Part shown: positions 27,375 through 38,251 of the stretch, piece by piece
Layout: every line of letters starts with the position of its first letter
Position numbering within the stretch: position 1 is the first letter of the stretch
Sequence record: PX418924.1
DNA from: a phage
Length of the DNA stretch: 38,505 bases
Strand: one strand, 5' to 3'
Notes under the pieces: generated by a model
The model's input: the letters and a program-made list of their open reading frames with translations, nothing else
Told to the model about the DNA's origin: nothing
The model's database searches: none
Translations under genes and position numbers: made by a program

Positions 27375-28305
27375 AGAAACTGGAGTCGATAACCTTCTGT
27401 TCTACCATTTGACGGTAGGCAACATCACTACGGTAACGCGGGTCACTCATAGCTTTAATCATCTCAGCCTGATTCGTAAAGCCCTCTTTCTGACGAGCTA
27501 CAGGTTTAACCGGAGTAGCACGCTTGGTCACACTACGGTTGGCAGGCTTACCGAATTTCTTCGTGTAACTCTCACCAGCCAGATTGATAATCGCTTTGAT
27601 AGTCGCCAAGTCTCGGTTCATCATGGCAGCCTCAAGGGACTCAGCCGCAGCCGGGTTGGTTGCTTCAAGGTGCGTATGGATTGCGCTAAAGCGCTCCTTA
27701 CCGCCAGCAAAGGCAACTACCTGATTGACGTACTGGTCTACAAGGGCTTCCTGACCGGAGATGTAGGAGTCCACAAAGGCACGACTATAGCCAGCAGCTT
27801 CGAGTTCCGCGTAGGATTTCTCAGAGATACCATCGGCTTCGTACTCTTCGTAGATGCGAGTCACAGACTCTGCGCTCAGTCCACGCTCAACGGCCTGCTC
27901 GACCATCGCCTGAAAGCCTTCTTCGTGCTGACCTAATTGTTCAGTCACTTGGCTCAGCTCTTCTGGAGTGTCACCCAGCGGCTCAAACTCAGCGGCTTCA
28001 CCTTCGGTCTCCACCTCAGCGTTATCGCTACCAGTGTCGAACTCGGCTTCACTACCATCTTCACTGATACGAACCTGAATGCGGCCCTCATCATCCTCGC
28101 CCTCAGCGAATGGGTCTTCACCAGCCGCATAAGGGTCATCGTTATGAGAACTCGGTTCCTCGCTAAGTACGATTGCATCATCGCCATCACGGGCAGCAAC
28201 ATCGAGACTCAGCATATTCTGTTCGTGTTCAGTAGGTGTGCTTCCGGTCATTACCGCGTTGTTCACACCGAAGGACGCATAAACGTCTGCATTAGATTCA
28301 GCCAT
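27373..28305 (-). CDS. 9: Capsid scaffolding protein gp9 (310 aa)
   Basis: Acidic protein of the expected size between portal and capsid genes. Confidence 0.9.
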   Translation of the reverse strand: MAESNADVYASFGVNNAVMTGSTPTEHEQNMLSLDVAARDGDDAIVLSEEPSSHNDDPYAAGEDPFAEGEDDEGRIQVRISEDGSEAEFDTGSDNAEVETEGEAAEFEPLGDTPEELSQVTEQLGQHEEGFQAMVEQAVERGLSAESVTRIYEEYEADGISEKSYAELEAAGYSRAFVDSYISGQEALVDQYVNQVVAFAGGKERFSAIHTHLEATNPAAAESLEAAMMNRDLATIKAIINLAGESYTKKFGKPANRSVTKRATPVKPVARQKEGFTNQAEMIKAMSDPRYRSDVAYRQMVEQKVIDSSF

Positions 28306-28389
28306 TGTTAAATCTCCTAAGTTGTTAAAGATAAAGGGAAACCAAAGGACTCCAACCTTTAGTCATCGCTCATTTCAAAGATGAGGTCT

Positions 28390-28408
28390 CCCTTTAGTGA
28401 GGGTTATT
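28390..28408 (-). promoter_or_regulatory. T3-type phage RNAP promoter (phi9)
   Basis: ccctttagtgagggttatt. Confidence 0.85.
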
Positions 28409-30014
28409 AGGTGGCGTCTAGGCCAGCCTGTGCTGCTGCACCCTGCATAGCTTCTGGACTTGAGGTAGCCAAAGCACCAACACCAGCACCACCAGCAGCC
28501 GCAGCGTTCTCGATACCTGTTTGGGCCGCATCCTGCATCATCAGTGCTTGCTTCTGCTCGTCCGTCAGTAGGATACCAGAAGTATCAATACCAATGGCGT
28601 TAGCAATTCGCAGCTTAATGACAGCAAGGTTAATGTCCGGGTCTCCCTGCATAGGAGCCAGAGCAGCCCAAGCGGAGATACAGCGCTCCAGCTTATCGAG
28701 GTCTTGACCACGACCGATTGCTTCCAGACCTGTGCTGATAGTTGGCTCAACGGCTTCTTTCGGTAACTCAGGAATCTGCGAGGTTGCTTGGAGTTGCTTC
28801 AAGAGCACACGAACCAGAGGCAATTGCAGTTCTTGAGACAGAATCGAATAGACGCCACCAAGCGTATCTTCCAGTTCTGACGCAACGTATCGAATCTCTT
28901 CGGCGGTCACACGTTCACCTGTGCGCTGTACCGCAGAGTTCAACATAAAGGCATACGATAAGCGTGCTTCTATCTGGTCACTCACAGCTTTCGCTACGGT
29001 AAAGTCAGCTTGCTTCTCCAGTTGAAGGAAGTCAATGTCTTCTCGACGACCGGGAACGAAGTCACCAGTCTGAGCTTTGGTTAATCTACGGGGCTGCGTA
29101 ATGCCAGCCGGGTTAACCAGACCGATGACCTTCGCACTAATCATGCTCATCTTAACGATAGCCTCTTGGAGATTCTCAAGCGACCTTAAGTCACCTAAGT
29201 ATTCTTCACAGTAGGAGCGACCGTAAGACTCGCCATCAATGCGAACCATGCGAACCGGAATGTAGGGCATAGCGTCAGTCGGATACGTGGCATCGGAGCC
29301 ATCAATCTCAACGTCCTCTACTTCCTCGTACTTGAGGTAATCGCCGGACTCTTCATCGAGATACACATGGGTGTACACATCGACCATTTCGTCCATCTTC
29401 TTCTCACCGCCAGCTTTCTCTACCGCAGACCGAACGTCTTCCGGGAGAGCACCAAAGGCTATCTGGTCACGAGTGACAATCTGTAACACATTGCCGTATG
29501 CGTCTCTTTGGACAACATAAGAAGACAATCTGTACAGCTTCATCGGATTGTAGCTACCTTCGGGTTCCGGTAAGTAAAGCAGTGCATTACCTGCCACGAT
29601 CAACTGCTTGAGGCACTCAAAGAGCGTCACACGGTAGCTGTTGGATTCGATATAGTTCATGATAATACGCTCAACCATAGACAGACCTTCGTCCACCTTA
29701 GCGAGTCCATCAGGGTCTCCAACAAGCTGCTTCGCCTCATATTCACTAATGGTCAGCTTCATCCACGACTGCATCGGGAATAGTGCCAGCATTAATTTAG
29801 AGGCCAGATTGTTAAGACCCCGCGCACCTACAGCCTGCCACGGAGTCGTGTAGTCGGTAGATTCGTTATCGGACTCCTTCGGGAACAAGGACGGAATGGT
29901 GTATTGCGCACAGTTTTCCGCACGAGTCTCATAGGCTCTACGGTCGTTCGTTAGGCGGTCATAGGTAGCTTTAGCACCGTCTTCACCCAATCCTGTACGT
30001 TTTGAATCAGCCAT
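28407..30014 (-). CDS. 8: Portal (head-tail connector) protein gp8 (535 aa)
   Basis: Size and synteny with T7 gp8. Confidence 0.93.
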   Translation of the reverse strand: MADSKRTGLGEDGAKATYDRLTNDRRAYETRAENCAQYTIPSLFPKESDNESTDYTTPWQAVGARGLNNLASKLMLALFPMQSWMKLTISEYEAKQLVGDPDGLAKVDEGLSMVERIIMNYIESNSYRVTLFECLKQLIVAGNALLYLPEPEGSYNPMKLYRLSSYVVQRDAYGNVLQIVTRDQIAFGALPEDVRSAVEKAGGEKKMDEMVDVYTHVYLDEESGDYLKYEEVEDVEIDGSDATYPTDAMPYIPVRMVRIDGESYGRSYCEEYLGDLRSLENLQEAIVKMSMISAKVIGLVNPAGITQPRRLTKAQTGDFVPGRREDIDFLQLEKQADFTVAKAVSDQIEARLSYAFMLNSAVQRTGERVTAEEIRYVASELEDTLGGVYSILSQELQLPLVRVLLKQLQATSQIPELPKEAVEPTISTGLEAIGRGQDLDKLERCISAWAALAPMQGDPDINLAVIKLRIANAIGIDTSGILLTDEQKQALMMQDAAQTGIENAAAAGGAGVGALATSSPEAMQGAAAQAGLDAT

Positions 30015-30024
30015 TCAGTCCTCC

Positions 30025-30345
30025 TTAGATGTTAATGCCACCGCCGGAGCTACGGGCTACACTCAGCGACTTCTTACCGCCAGCGCGTGCTTTCTTACGT
30101 GCGCTTTCGGTTTGAGCCTCATCCTCACCCTCAGCCTTATCCTGTTCAGGTACGTCTACAATCTGTGCTGGAGGTGGCGCAGTCACTACTGGTGCTGGAG
30201 CCTCTTGTTGGATAATCTCCTGCTTACCTGCACCCAGCGCACCGCCAACGACTTTACCGACTTCCTTACCAGCCTTCTCGACTGGTCTGCTAACTTCCTT
30301 CACAACTTTCTTAACGGCTTTCTTGATTTTCTTGAAGAATCCCAT
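30025..30345 (-). CDS. 7.3: gp7.3-like virion protein (106 aa)
   Basis: Lys/Ala-rich protein directly upstream of the portal gene. Confidence 0.75.
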   Translation of the reverse strand: MGFFKKIKKAVKKVVKEVSRPVEKAGKEVGKVVGGALGAGKQEIIQQEAPAPVVTAPPPAQIVDVPEQDKAEGEDEAQTESARKKARAGGKKSLSVARSSGGGINI

Positions 30346-30371
30346 AATGTGTCCCCTATGTTATGTCACAG

Positions 30372-30623
30372 TTACCCAAACGCCTTGGAGCGAATGGAGG
30401 ATTTACTCTTGTTCTTGGCTGCGTTGTCATCCAGCTTTACCTTAAGACTGCTCTTACCGCTGCTCTGTGTGGTTGGAACCTCAGAGGAAGACACGCTGGT
30501 GTCCTCATCGTCATCGCCTCCCCATACCACAGATTTCGGTGGCTCAGTCAAAGGTGCTGGTTCGGCAGCGCGAATCTGGTTAGTGTCCATCTTAGGGACT
30601 TTCACCTTCGGTTTCCAGCACAT
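30372..30623 (-). CDS. 6.7: gp6.7-like virion protein (83 aa)
   Basis: Size and synteny. Confidence 0.75.
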   Translation of the reverse strand: MCWKPKVKVPKMDTNQIRAAEPAPLTEPPKSVVWGGDDDEDTSVSSSEVPTTQSSGKSSLKVKLDDNAAKNKSKSSIRSKAFG

Positions 30624-30627
30624 ATAA

Positions 30628-30873
30628 TTACTCCTGTCTCAGTTGCTCTTTACGCACCTCAATCTCATCAAGTGTTCGAGAGGCAAGGTACAGACCATGC
30701 ATCACGCCCGCAATGAAAGACTCAGAGTATCCAGCGGCGCGTAGCGCACGGTACTCCCCGGACTCCATCACATAGGTCTGATTGAAGCGCACCTGTAGAT
30801 ACTCTTTAGCTGCACGAGGCATACTAGGAATATCATCGGGATGAGTTAAAACATGATTAATTGGTTGTAACAT
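30628..30873 (-). CDS. 6.5: gp6.5 (81 aa), function unknown
   Basis: Size and synteny; follows phi6.5. Confidence 0.75.
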   Translation of the reverse strand: MLQPINHVLTHPDDIPSMPRAAKEYLQVRFNQTYVMESGEYRALRAAGYSESFIAGVMHGLYLASRTLDEIEVRKEQLRQE

Positions 30874-30897
30874 AATTTCACCTCTTAAGGTTAAGTC

Positions 30898-30968
30898 TTA
30901 AAGTAATAATCATAAAGGCTCCCTCTTCCCTTTAGTGAGGGTTAATACAGAGAGCCTTGAGTTTATCA
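30898..30968 (-). promoter_or_regulatory. RNase III-type hairpin (R6.5-like) with phi6.5 inside its loop region
   Basis: aatcataaaggctccc ... gagccttgagtttatcac flanking the promoter. Confidence 0.6.
30928..30946 (-). promoter_or_regulatory. T3-type phage RNAP promoter (phi6.5)
   Basis: ccctttagtgagggttaat. Confidence 0.85.
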
Positions 30969-31079
30969 CTTAATCTCGGAGTCTCGCTTCACGTCTCGGA
31001 CTATGAGAGTGAACATCCAGAGACCTCGCGCCAGCATACCTACCAGCACAGCGATGGTTATGTACTTTGTGGCGTCCAT
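30966..31079 (-). CDS. 6.3: gp6.3-like small protein (37 aa)
   Basis: [37 protein letters not shown]; 37 aa as in T7 6.3; start overlaps the gene 6 end. Confidence 0.5.
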   Translation of the reverse strand: MDATKYITIAVLVGMLARGLWMFTLIVRDVKRDSEIK

Positions 31080-31972
31080 AGGTAAATCTCCTTGTCAATG
31101 TAATTGTATTCCTCGAAGCGAAGAATGCGAGCCATCTGGCCTTGCTTGATGATTTCCTGCTCGGTCATCCCAGCTTTGGCACCAATGGATTTAATGCAGT
31201 CCCACAGCGTCTCAGTCGCATCAGGAGCACGCTTCACCCACTTGGTTACTGTCTGCCCCTTGTTCTTACCAGACTTCAACACGGACTCTACAGGCTCCAC
31301 AATGAACGGGTCATTCAGGAAACCTTCTGCCGTATCGCCCCAGCCGGGAATCCCGGAGTAGCCATCAGTCATATCACCCTTGATGGTCTGGAAGAGATGC
31401 CACCAATCAGCGGTCTCTTTGGTCTGTGTCAAGATGTTGCCAGTGGTACACCACAGGAAGTCAACGTCCGGGATAGTCTTGAAGTCCTTGTCACAGGAGA
31501 CCAACACAGCCTTCTTGAAGCCGAAGACCTCGTGACCAGACCCAATGATGCCCATAACGTCATCACCTTCCAGCATGTCCTCTTTGATGTGAATGAACTC
31601 ATCGCGCTCCCACAGCTTCGCTAAGAAGTCACGGTAGCCCACAGGTTTACGGGTCGCCTTACGGTTCTCCTTATAGGTCTCATCAACCAGTACCTTACGC
31701 CAGTTAACATCATCGGTAAACGCCAGAACTACCGTAGCATCACGCCACGCCTTCTTGCGGGTTCGGTATGATTCGATTGCAGAATCGAGAATGCTCCGTG
31801 CCTTGGCGTGGTCACACTCAAGAGTCCAAATGTCGTCTCCCCAATCCGTCTCAACTTCGGCAGCAGCCATTGACTGATATACCAACCAGTCACCATCCAT
31901 GACCAGCACTCCCTTCTCCACAGGCTTACCTTCACGCATCTCCGCGAAGTCTTTCAATGTGATTAGGCTCAT
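31058..31972 (-). CDS. 6: 5'-3' exonuclease gp6 (304 aa)
   Basis: [12 protein letters not shown]..., [51 protein letters not shown] match T7 gp6 as recalled. Confidence 0.95.
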   Translation of the reverse strand: MSLITLKDFAEMREGKPVEKGVLVMDGDWLVYQSMAAAEVETDWGDDIWTLECDHAKARSILDSAIESYRTRKKAWRDATVVLAFTDDVNWRKVLVDETYKENRKATRKPVGYRDFLAKLWERDEFIHIKEDMLEGDDVMGIIGSGHEVFGFKKAVLVSCDKDFKTIPDVDFLWCTTGNILTQTKETADWWHLFQTIKGDMTDGYSGIPGWGDTAEGFLNDPFIVEPVESVLKSGKNKGQTVTKWVKRAPDATETLWDCIKSIGAKAGMTEQEIIKQGQMARILRFEEYNYIDKEIYLWTPQST

Positions 31973-32151
31973 TCGTCATCCTCCCCGTAAACCATTTCGA
32001 CTGCATCAGAGTATCCGTCCCAATTATCCACACCACACGCCTTAAGCGCATTCAGGAACTCTAGGTCTTTCTCCAGCTTATCAATGTACGCGCTAACATC
32101 GTTCCACGCATCACGGGTCATCGTTACGGTGTCACTCTTAGGCATAATCAT
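31969..32151 (-). CDS. 5.9: gp5.9-like protein (RecBCD inhibitor in T7), about 60 aa
   Basis: Position between 5.7 and 6; start taken at the ATG overlapping the 5.7 stop (ATGA); acidic C-terminus. Confidence 0.5.
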   Translation of the reverse strand: MIMPKSDTVTMTRDAWNDVSAYIDKLEKDLEFLNALKACGVDNWDGYSDAVEMVYGEDDE

Positions 32152-32357
32152 ACGCAACCTCCCATTCGTTTCAGGAAGCGCACACCAGAGGCTGTGACCT
32201 CCCATGCTCCACCATTGCGACCACCTACAGTCAAACAGCTAATGTGTCCACGAGAAGCGGCCTCAGCTACGAGAGCCGCATTGTTTCGCACATAGTTCGA
32301 CTGAAAGGACTTAGGGCAGCCTTTGATAGCCGCCAGCACTTTCAGGTATTCACTCAT
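32148..32357 (-). CDS. 5.7: gp5.7 (69 aa)
   Basis: MSEYLKVLAAIKGCPKSFQSNYVRNNAALVAEAASRGHISCLT... near-identical to T7 gp5.7 as recalled. Confidence 0.85.
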   Translation of the reverse strand: MSEYLKVLAAIKGCPKSFQSNYVRNNAALVAEAASRGHISCLTVGGRNGGAWEVTASGVRFLKRMGGCV

Positions 32358-32656
32358 TAGAACACCTCCCGTACAGTAGCGGGAGACAGCTTGAAGCTAT
32401 CCTTATCGGCATACTCTTCGTGCATATCTTTGATTGCCTCACGGAAAGACGTTCGCACAAGGAAGGCCATCAGCCCCTCCATGCCATACGTCAGGAACTG
32501 GACAATCATCTCTTTTTGTTTACCAGTGGGGACAATAGCGCCTGAGCCAACCTGCTTACACAGGTGCAGAATGTCTTTCTCCAAGATTGCCTGAACGTCA
32601 GATGCCATCTTAGCGGTAACGTCGAATGACACTTTAAATTTCTTGGTCATAGCCAT
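32357..32656 (-). CDS. 5.5: gp5.5 (99 aa; H-NS-binding protein in T7)
   Basis: MAMTKKFKVSFDVTAKMASDVQAILEKD... near-identical to T7 gp5.5 as recalled. Confidence 0.88.
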   Translation of the reverse strand: MAMTKKFKVSFDVTAKMASDVQAILEKDILHLCKQVGSGAIVPTGKQKEMIVQFLTYGMEGLMAFLVRTSFREAIKDMHEEYADKDSFKLSPATVREVF

Positions 32657-32675
32657 AATAATTTCTCCTATAGAA

Positions 32676-34790
32676 TTAGTGGCAGACAGCCCAGTTCGGC
32701 CCCATCTTACCCTCGGTATCTAAACGACAACGGAAAGCCCAATGCTCTCCGACCCAACGCATAGCTTCCTGCGCGGTGTCAATAACAATCTGAGCGATGT
32801 GCTCGGTACGGCAGGCCACCTGAATCTCATCATGAACCCAAGCCATGTACGCAAAGTCACCATCCCAGCCGTGCTTCAAGCCTTTCTCAATGAGCATCTC
32901 TTCGGTCTTGATAATCCACAGCTTACAAATCAGAGCACCAGCAGACTGCAACAATGTGTTGAGCGCTGCGTGTGGAGACCTGACGTGAACCTTGCGACCA
33001 TCCAGACCCTTAATCCAACGGCGTTTCCACTGGACTTTCTGCTCACCGCCAATCCAAGCGGAAGACTTAACGAGAGACTGCTGGATAGCTTCTCGTAGCG
33101 CTGCAATCGCCGGGGTGTTCTCTAAGAATTTCTTCTTGAGTTCCTTCCCGCGCTCCTTCCCGGCCCCAACAATCTGACCAATCTTCTCATCTCCTGCTCC
33201 GTAAAGGAACCCGTAAATGAAGGTCTTGGCGTTGTCTCGCGTTGGGAGTTCCGCAGCGTTCTGGTTCTTGGTGTGAATGTCACCATTGAGAATCTCATTC
33301 GCATACTCTCCGTTGTCGAAGCGAGCCATGAAGTGTGCCAGACAGCGCAACTCTAAGCCACTGGCGTCTATCCCCGCTTGCACCCACGGCTTGCCAGTAA
33401 TCCCATCCAAATGATGTTCAGCACCAAAAGCGCTACGACACTGCTCCCCGTAAGGAGAACGAACGCCGGGTACTTGTGCAAGGTTTGGGAAACTATGAGT
33501 AGCACGACCAGTAACTGCACCGTTAGGGTTAACGGCTCCATGAATCTTACCATCGTCTTGAACATAACGTAACCACGCTTTGTCTCCTTCCGCCGCCTGA
33601 CCGATACGCTTCTGTATCATCAGGTACTCTTTAATCAAGTCAATGCACGCCTGCTTCTCAGGGTCATCCACTCGTACATGCTCCAAGACCTCATCGTCCA
33701 CCACAGGCGCACCCTTCTCGGTGAACTTCTCAGGCACCCATCCGGCCTCCTGTAGTTTCTTCTGAATGTGGTCACGGCTACTTGGCTTGAACGTAACGAA
33801 CTCGACCGGAGTGTACGGAGCACCCTCCATGTAATCCCTCGTGTCCAAGTCGCAAGGTTCAAGACCTTCGCGCTGTGCCTTATTACGAGGCTTCTTGTAC
33901 ACGCCACCCTGTTTCGGATAGACCACGCGAGGATAACTCGGCAGCGGCTTGCCTGTCCGTGGGTGCTTGAAGAGTTCCTTACCACCTTTCGGTTGATACC
34001 ACGAGCCAAACGTTTCGGTTAACTTTCGCAGAAGTTCGGCGCGTTTCGCTGCCAGTTCTACATAAAGTTCCTCAATGGCCTGTGTGTTGAACGGGAAGCC
34101 GTTACGCTCCTGCTTCGCTAACAGCCACGCTGCACGATGTTCAATATCCACAGACTCACCAGCTTCACGCCAGAATAAATCCGCATCGTACTTCGTGAAG
34201 TCCATACCAGCAGGGAAGTAGTGGAGGTCTGTAAGGAATTTCTCTAAGAGCTTGACAGTGACAACAACGTCTTGAACGTTATACGCCATCATCGGCTCGT
34301 TGAATGAAACCCACTCAGCACCGTCAACATATTCTTCGCCCTGCTCTTCCAGCATCGCCTTGAAGTCGTCCTTGTATTCACCTTTCATCTCGCCCAAGCG
34401 ATAACCCCATGCCTCAAGAGCGTGAGACCCGAAGCGACGACCGGGTAGTTTCCCGGAACGAAGAAGCCCCATGTCTGTGTCTTTAAGGTTCGCATGAAGT
34501 AAACGCGAGAGTACCAATGTGTCAATACAATTCTCACGGGGTAACTTGAAGTCACGATTGAGTTGCAGCTTTGCGAGTTTCTCTAAAGCCGGAACGTCAT
34601 ACTTGTGACCGTTATGGAAAACAATAAGCCCACCTCGCTTCACCTCGGCTTCCAGCGCATCCAGATACGCCCCGAAGTCGCCCGGACGATAACTATGATA
34701 CTCACCATCACGGTAGTCATAGATAACGCCACAGTGAAACTTGGTGACTTTCTCTAAGAGGTTGTTGGCCTCAATGTCACTTACGAGCAT
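32676..34790 (-). CDS. 5: DNA polymerase gp5 (704 aa)
   Basis: 704 aa as in T7; MLVSDIEANNLL N-terminus with exonuclease motif and family A polymerase C-terminal region. Confidence 0.97.
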   Translation of the reverse strand: MLVSDIEANNLLEKVTKFHCGVIYDYRDGEYHSYRPGDFGAYLDALEAEVKRGGLIVFHNGHKYDVPALEKLAKLQLNRDFKLPRENCIDTLVLSRLLHANLKDTDMGLLRSGKLPGRRFGSHALEAWGYRLGEMKGEYKDDFKAMLEEQGEEYVDGAEWVSFNEPMMAYNVQDVVVTVKLLEKFLTDLHYFPAGMDFTKYDADLFWREAGESVDIEHRAAWLLAKQERNGFPFNTQAIEELYVELAAKRAELLRKLTETFGSWYQPKGGKELFKHPRTGKPLPSYPRVVYPKQGGVYKKPRNKAQREGLEPCDLDTRDYMEGAPYTPVEFVTFKPSSRDHIQKKLQEAGWVPEKFTEKGAPVVDDEVLEHVRVDDPEKQACIDLIKEYLMIQKRIGQAAEGDKAWLRYVQDDGKIHGAVNPNGAVTGRATHSFPNLAQVPGVRSPYGEQCRSAFGAEHHLDGITGKPWVQAGIDASGLELRCLAHFMARFDNGEYANEILNGDIHTKNQNAAELPTRDNAKTFIYGFLYGAGDEKIGQIVGAGKERGKELKKKFLENTPAIAALREAIQQSLVKSSAWIGGEQKVQWKRRWIKGLDGRKVHVRSPHAALNTLLQSAGALICKLWIIKTEEMLIEKGLKHGWDGDFAYMAWVHDEIQVACRTEHIAQIVIDTAQEAMRWVGEHWAFRCRLDTEGKMGPNWAVCH

Positions 34791-34811
34791 AATGCCCTCC
34801 TTTCATTTCAG

Positions 34812-34862
34812 GATAAATGATAATCATAAAGGCCACCCTTGGGCGACCTTGAGTTTATCACT
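34812..34862 (-). promoter_or_regulatory. RNase III-type processing hairpin (R4.7-like)
   Basis: gataatcataaaggccacccttgggcgaccttgagtttatcac. Confidence 0.65.
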
Positions 34863-35142
34863 TCTCGATAATCTCTTGCATACCAGCGCCGAACTCTACC
34901 AGACGCTCACGGTTATCACCGACCACCTTGTCAGCAGCCATAGTCAGGGCACCCATCAGGCGGCCTACCTGCTTGTCAGTCAAGGTCATGCGTTGAGTGT
35001 GTGCTTTCGGAGACTTGTGGTCTTTCCAGCGGTAGACCATCGTTACCTTCTCACCGCGCACATTGATGTGTACTCGACGAGCGAACTGGTCAGCGGTGTC
35101 CGGCAGACGGATGGTGTTAGCGTGAGTGATTGACTTGCTCAT
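34858..35142 (-). CDS. 4.5: gp4.5-like protein (94 aa)
   Basis: ATG at 35142 with TAAGGAG upstream; synteny. Confidence 0.7.
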   Translation of the reverse strand: MSKSITHANTIRLPDTADQFARRVHINVRGEKVTMVYRWKDHKSPKAHTQRMTLTDKQVGRLMGALTMAADKVVGDNRERLVEFGAGMQEIIEK

Positions 35143-35152
35143 GGTGTGCTCC

Positions 35153-35365
35153 TTACTCAAAGAATTTGCTCATGGACTGTGCTTTGGCTGCAATCGCTGC
35201 CGACTTGTGGATGCCACTAACAGCCGCATCGGATTTCTCGCGGGACTGTTTCGCCAACTCAATGGCTCGCTGTGAATCAGCTTTGGCCTTCTTGTCCAGC
35301 TTCTTGGCTTCGATGAAATACAGTTTAACTACCAGCTTACCTAAAGCGTTAATGAATTTAAACAT
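35153..35365 (-). CDS. 4.3: gp4.3-like protein (70 aa)
   Basis: 70 aa as in T7 4.3; follows phi4.3. Confidence 0.7.
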   Translation of the reverse strand: MFKFINALGKLVVKLYFIEAKKLDKKAKADSQRAIELAKQSREKSDAAVSGIHKSAAIAAKAQSMSKFFE

Positions 35366-35392
35366 GATGTGTCTCCTATGGTTTGAGGTTGT

Positions 35393-35411
35393 TCCCGTTA
35401 GTGAGGGTTAA
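35393..35411 (-). promoter_or_regulatory. T3-type phage RNAP promoter (phi4.3)
   Basis: cccgttagtgagggttaat. Confidence 0.8.
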
Positions 35412-37176
<1,765 letters not shown>

Positions 37177-37211
37177 TCAATAGTGCGAACAAAGGGACAA
37201 CGTTATGTCAT

Positions 37212-37231
37212 CCCTTTAGTGAGTGTTAATT
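37212..37231 (-). promoter_or_regulatory. Variant T3-type promoter upstream of gene 4
   Basis: ccctttagtgagTgttaatt, one substitution in the conserved core; overlaps the stop of the 35-aa ORF. Confidence 0.55.
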
Positions 37232-37337
37232 ATTCCTCGGTGTGTTCCTCAGCCTTGATTGGGTCTTTGCACTGACACTGACGTGACGGTACACGACTCT
37301 TCAACGGCTTATCACAGCGAATACAAATCATCCTCAT
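37230..37337 (-). CDS. Small Cys-rich protein (35 aa), gene 3.7 position
   Basis: MRMICIRCDKPLKSRVPSRQCQCKDPIKAEEHTEE; CxxC...CxC pattern; between lysozyme and primase genes. Confidence 0.45.
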   Translation of the reverse strand: MRMICIRCDKPLKSRVPSRQCQCKDPIKAEEHTEE

Positions 37338-37341
37338 GGTA

Positions 37342-37797
37342 TCACCCTCGGTCAGATGTAACCAGTTCGTTCTTCTCCCACCAGCGCTTCAAGTCGAAGG
37401 ACGGGCAGGCTTTGGGTGCAACGTCATGGTGAGCACGAAGGATTGAACCCTCATACTTCGCCAGCAGTGTGACCAGCAGACTACGCAGCGCTTGCATTTG
37501 CGCAGGTGTAAAGTTGGCGTCGAACTTGCCTTTATCATCAATCCCACCCACGAGGCATACGCCTACGGAGTTGTGGTTGTAACCTTTCACGTGGGAACCT
37601 ACAGCCAGTTCATCGCGGCCTGCTTCCACAGTTCCATCACGCTTGATGATGAAGTGATATCCTACGTCTAACCAGCCCTGCTCTTTGTGCCACTGACGAA
37701 TCTCACGAACGCCAATGTTCTGGCTTGGCTTGGTTGCTGAGCAATGCACAAAGATTGCCTCCGTGGTTGCTCGTGGTTTGAATTGAACTTTAGCCAT
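37342..37797 (-). CDS. 3.5: Lysozyme / N-acetylmuramoyl-L-alanine amidase gp3.5 (151 aa)
   Basis: 151 aa as in T7 lysozyme; conserved FVHCSAT... amidase region. Confidence 0.95.
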   Translation of the reverse strand: MAKVQFKPRATTEAIFVHCSATKPSQNIGVREIRQWHKEQGWLDVGYHFIIKRDGTVEAGRDELAVGSHVKGYNHNSVGVCLVGGIDDKGKFDANFTPAQMQALRSLLVTLLAKYEGSILRAHHDVAPKACPSFDLKRWWEKNELVTSDRG

Positions 37798-38251
37798 TTT
37801 TCTTTACTCCTTTCTTAGTCTTAAATTTATCGAACGGAACCTCCTTCTTGGGTTCTTTGAGCCACGCCACTGGTATCAGCTTGTCAGCAAACAGAATGCC
37901 ATGCTTCTCGCACCACTCACCGTAGCTTGTTGGACTACCCTTGTAGAGCTTTGAGCGGCTGCTTGAGAAGACCAAGCGAATGTCCAGTTCGGGGTGTTGC
38001 TCACGAATCAAAAGGTGTTTCTTGCGGTCATCGGAATCCCACAGCCCTTTGGTCTCAATGAAGATGCCATTAGGTAGCAGGAAGTCTGGAGTGTATAAGT
38101 GGTCACTCGCAGGGATGACGTAAGGGATTCGCCAAAGTTCATAGTCGAACTTAATGCCCTTACTCTCAAGCTGCTTTGAGACTTTATCTTCTAGGCCGGA
38201 GCGGAAAGCCCCGACCTTGCGTACACCTCGCGCAGCGTATGCGCCAGCCAT
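37790..38251 (-). CDS. 3: Endonuclease I (Holliday-junction resolvase) gp3 (153 aa)
   Basis: KVGAFRSGLEDKVSKQLESKGIKF...PDFLLPNGIFIETKGLW...LLIREQHPELDIRLVF matches T7 endonuclease I as recalled. Confidence 0.95.
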   Translation of the reverse strand: MAGAYAARGVRKVGAFRSGLEDKVSKQLESKGIKFDYELWRIPYVIPASDHLYTPDFLLPNGIFIETKGLWDSDDRKKHLLIREQHPELDIRLVFSSSRSKLYKGSPTSYGEWCEKHGILFADKLIPVAWLKEPKKEVPFDKFKTKKGVKKNG

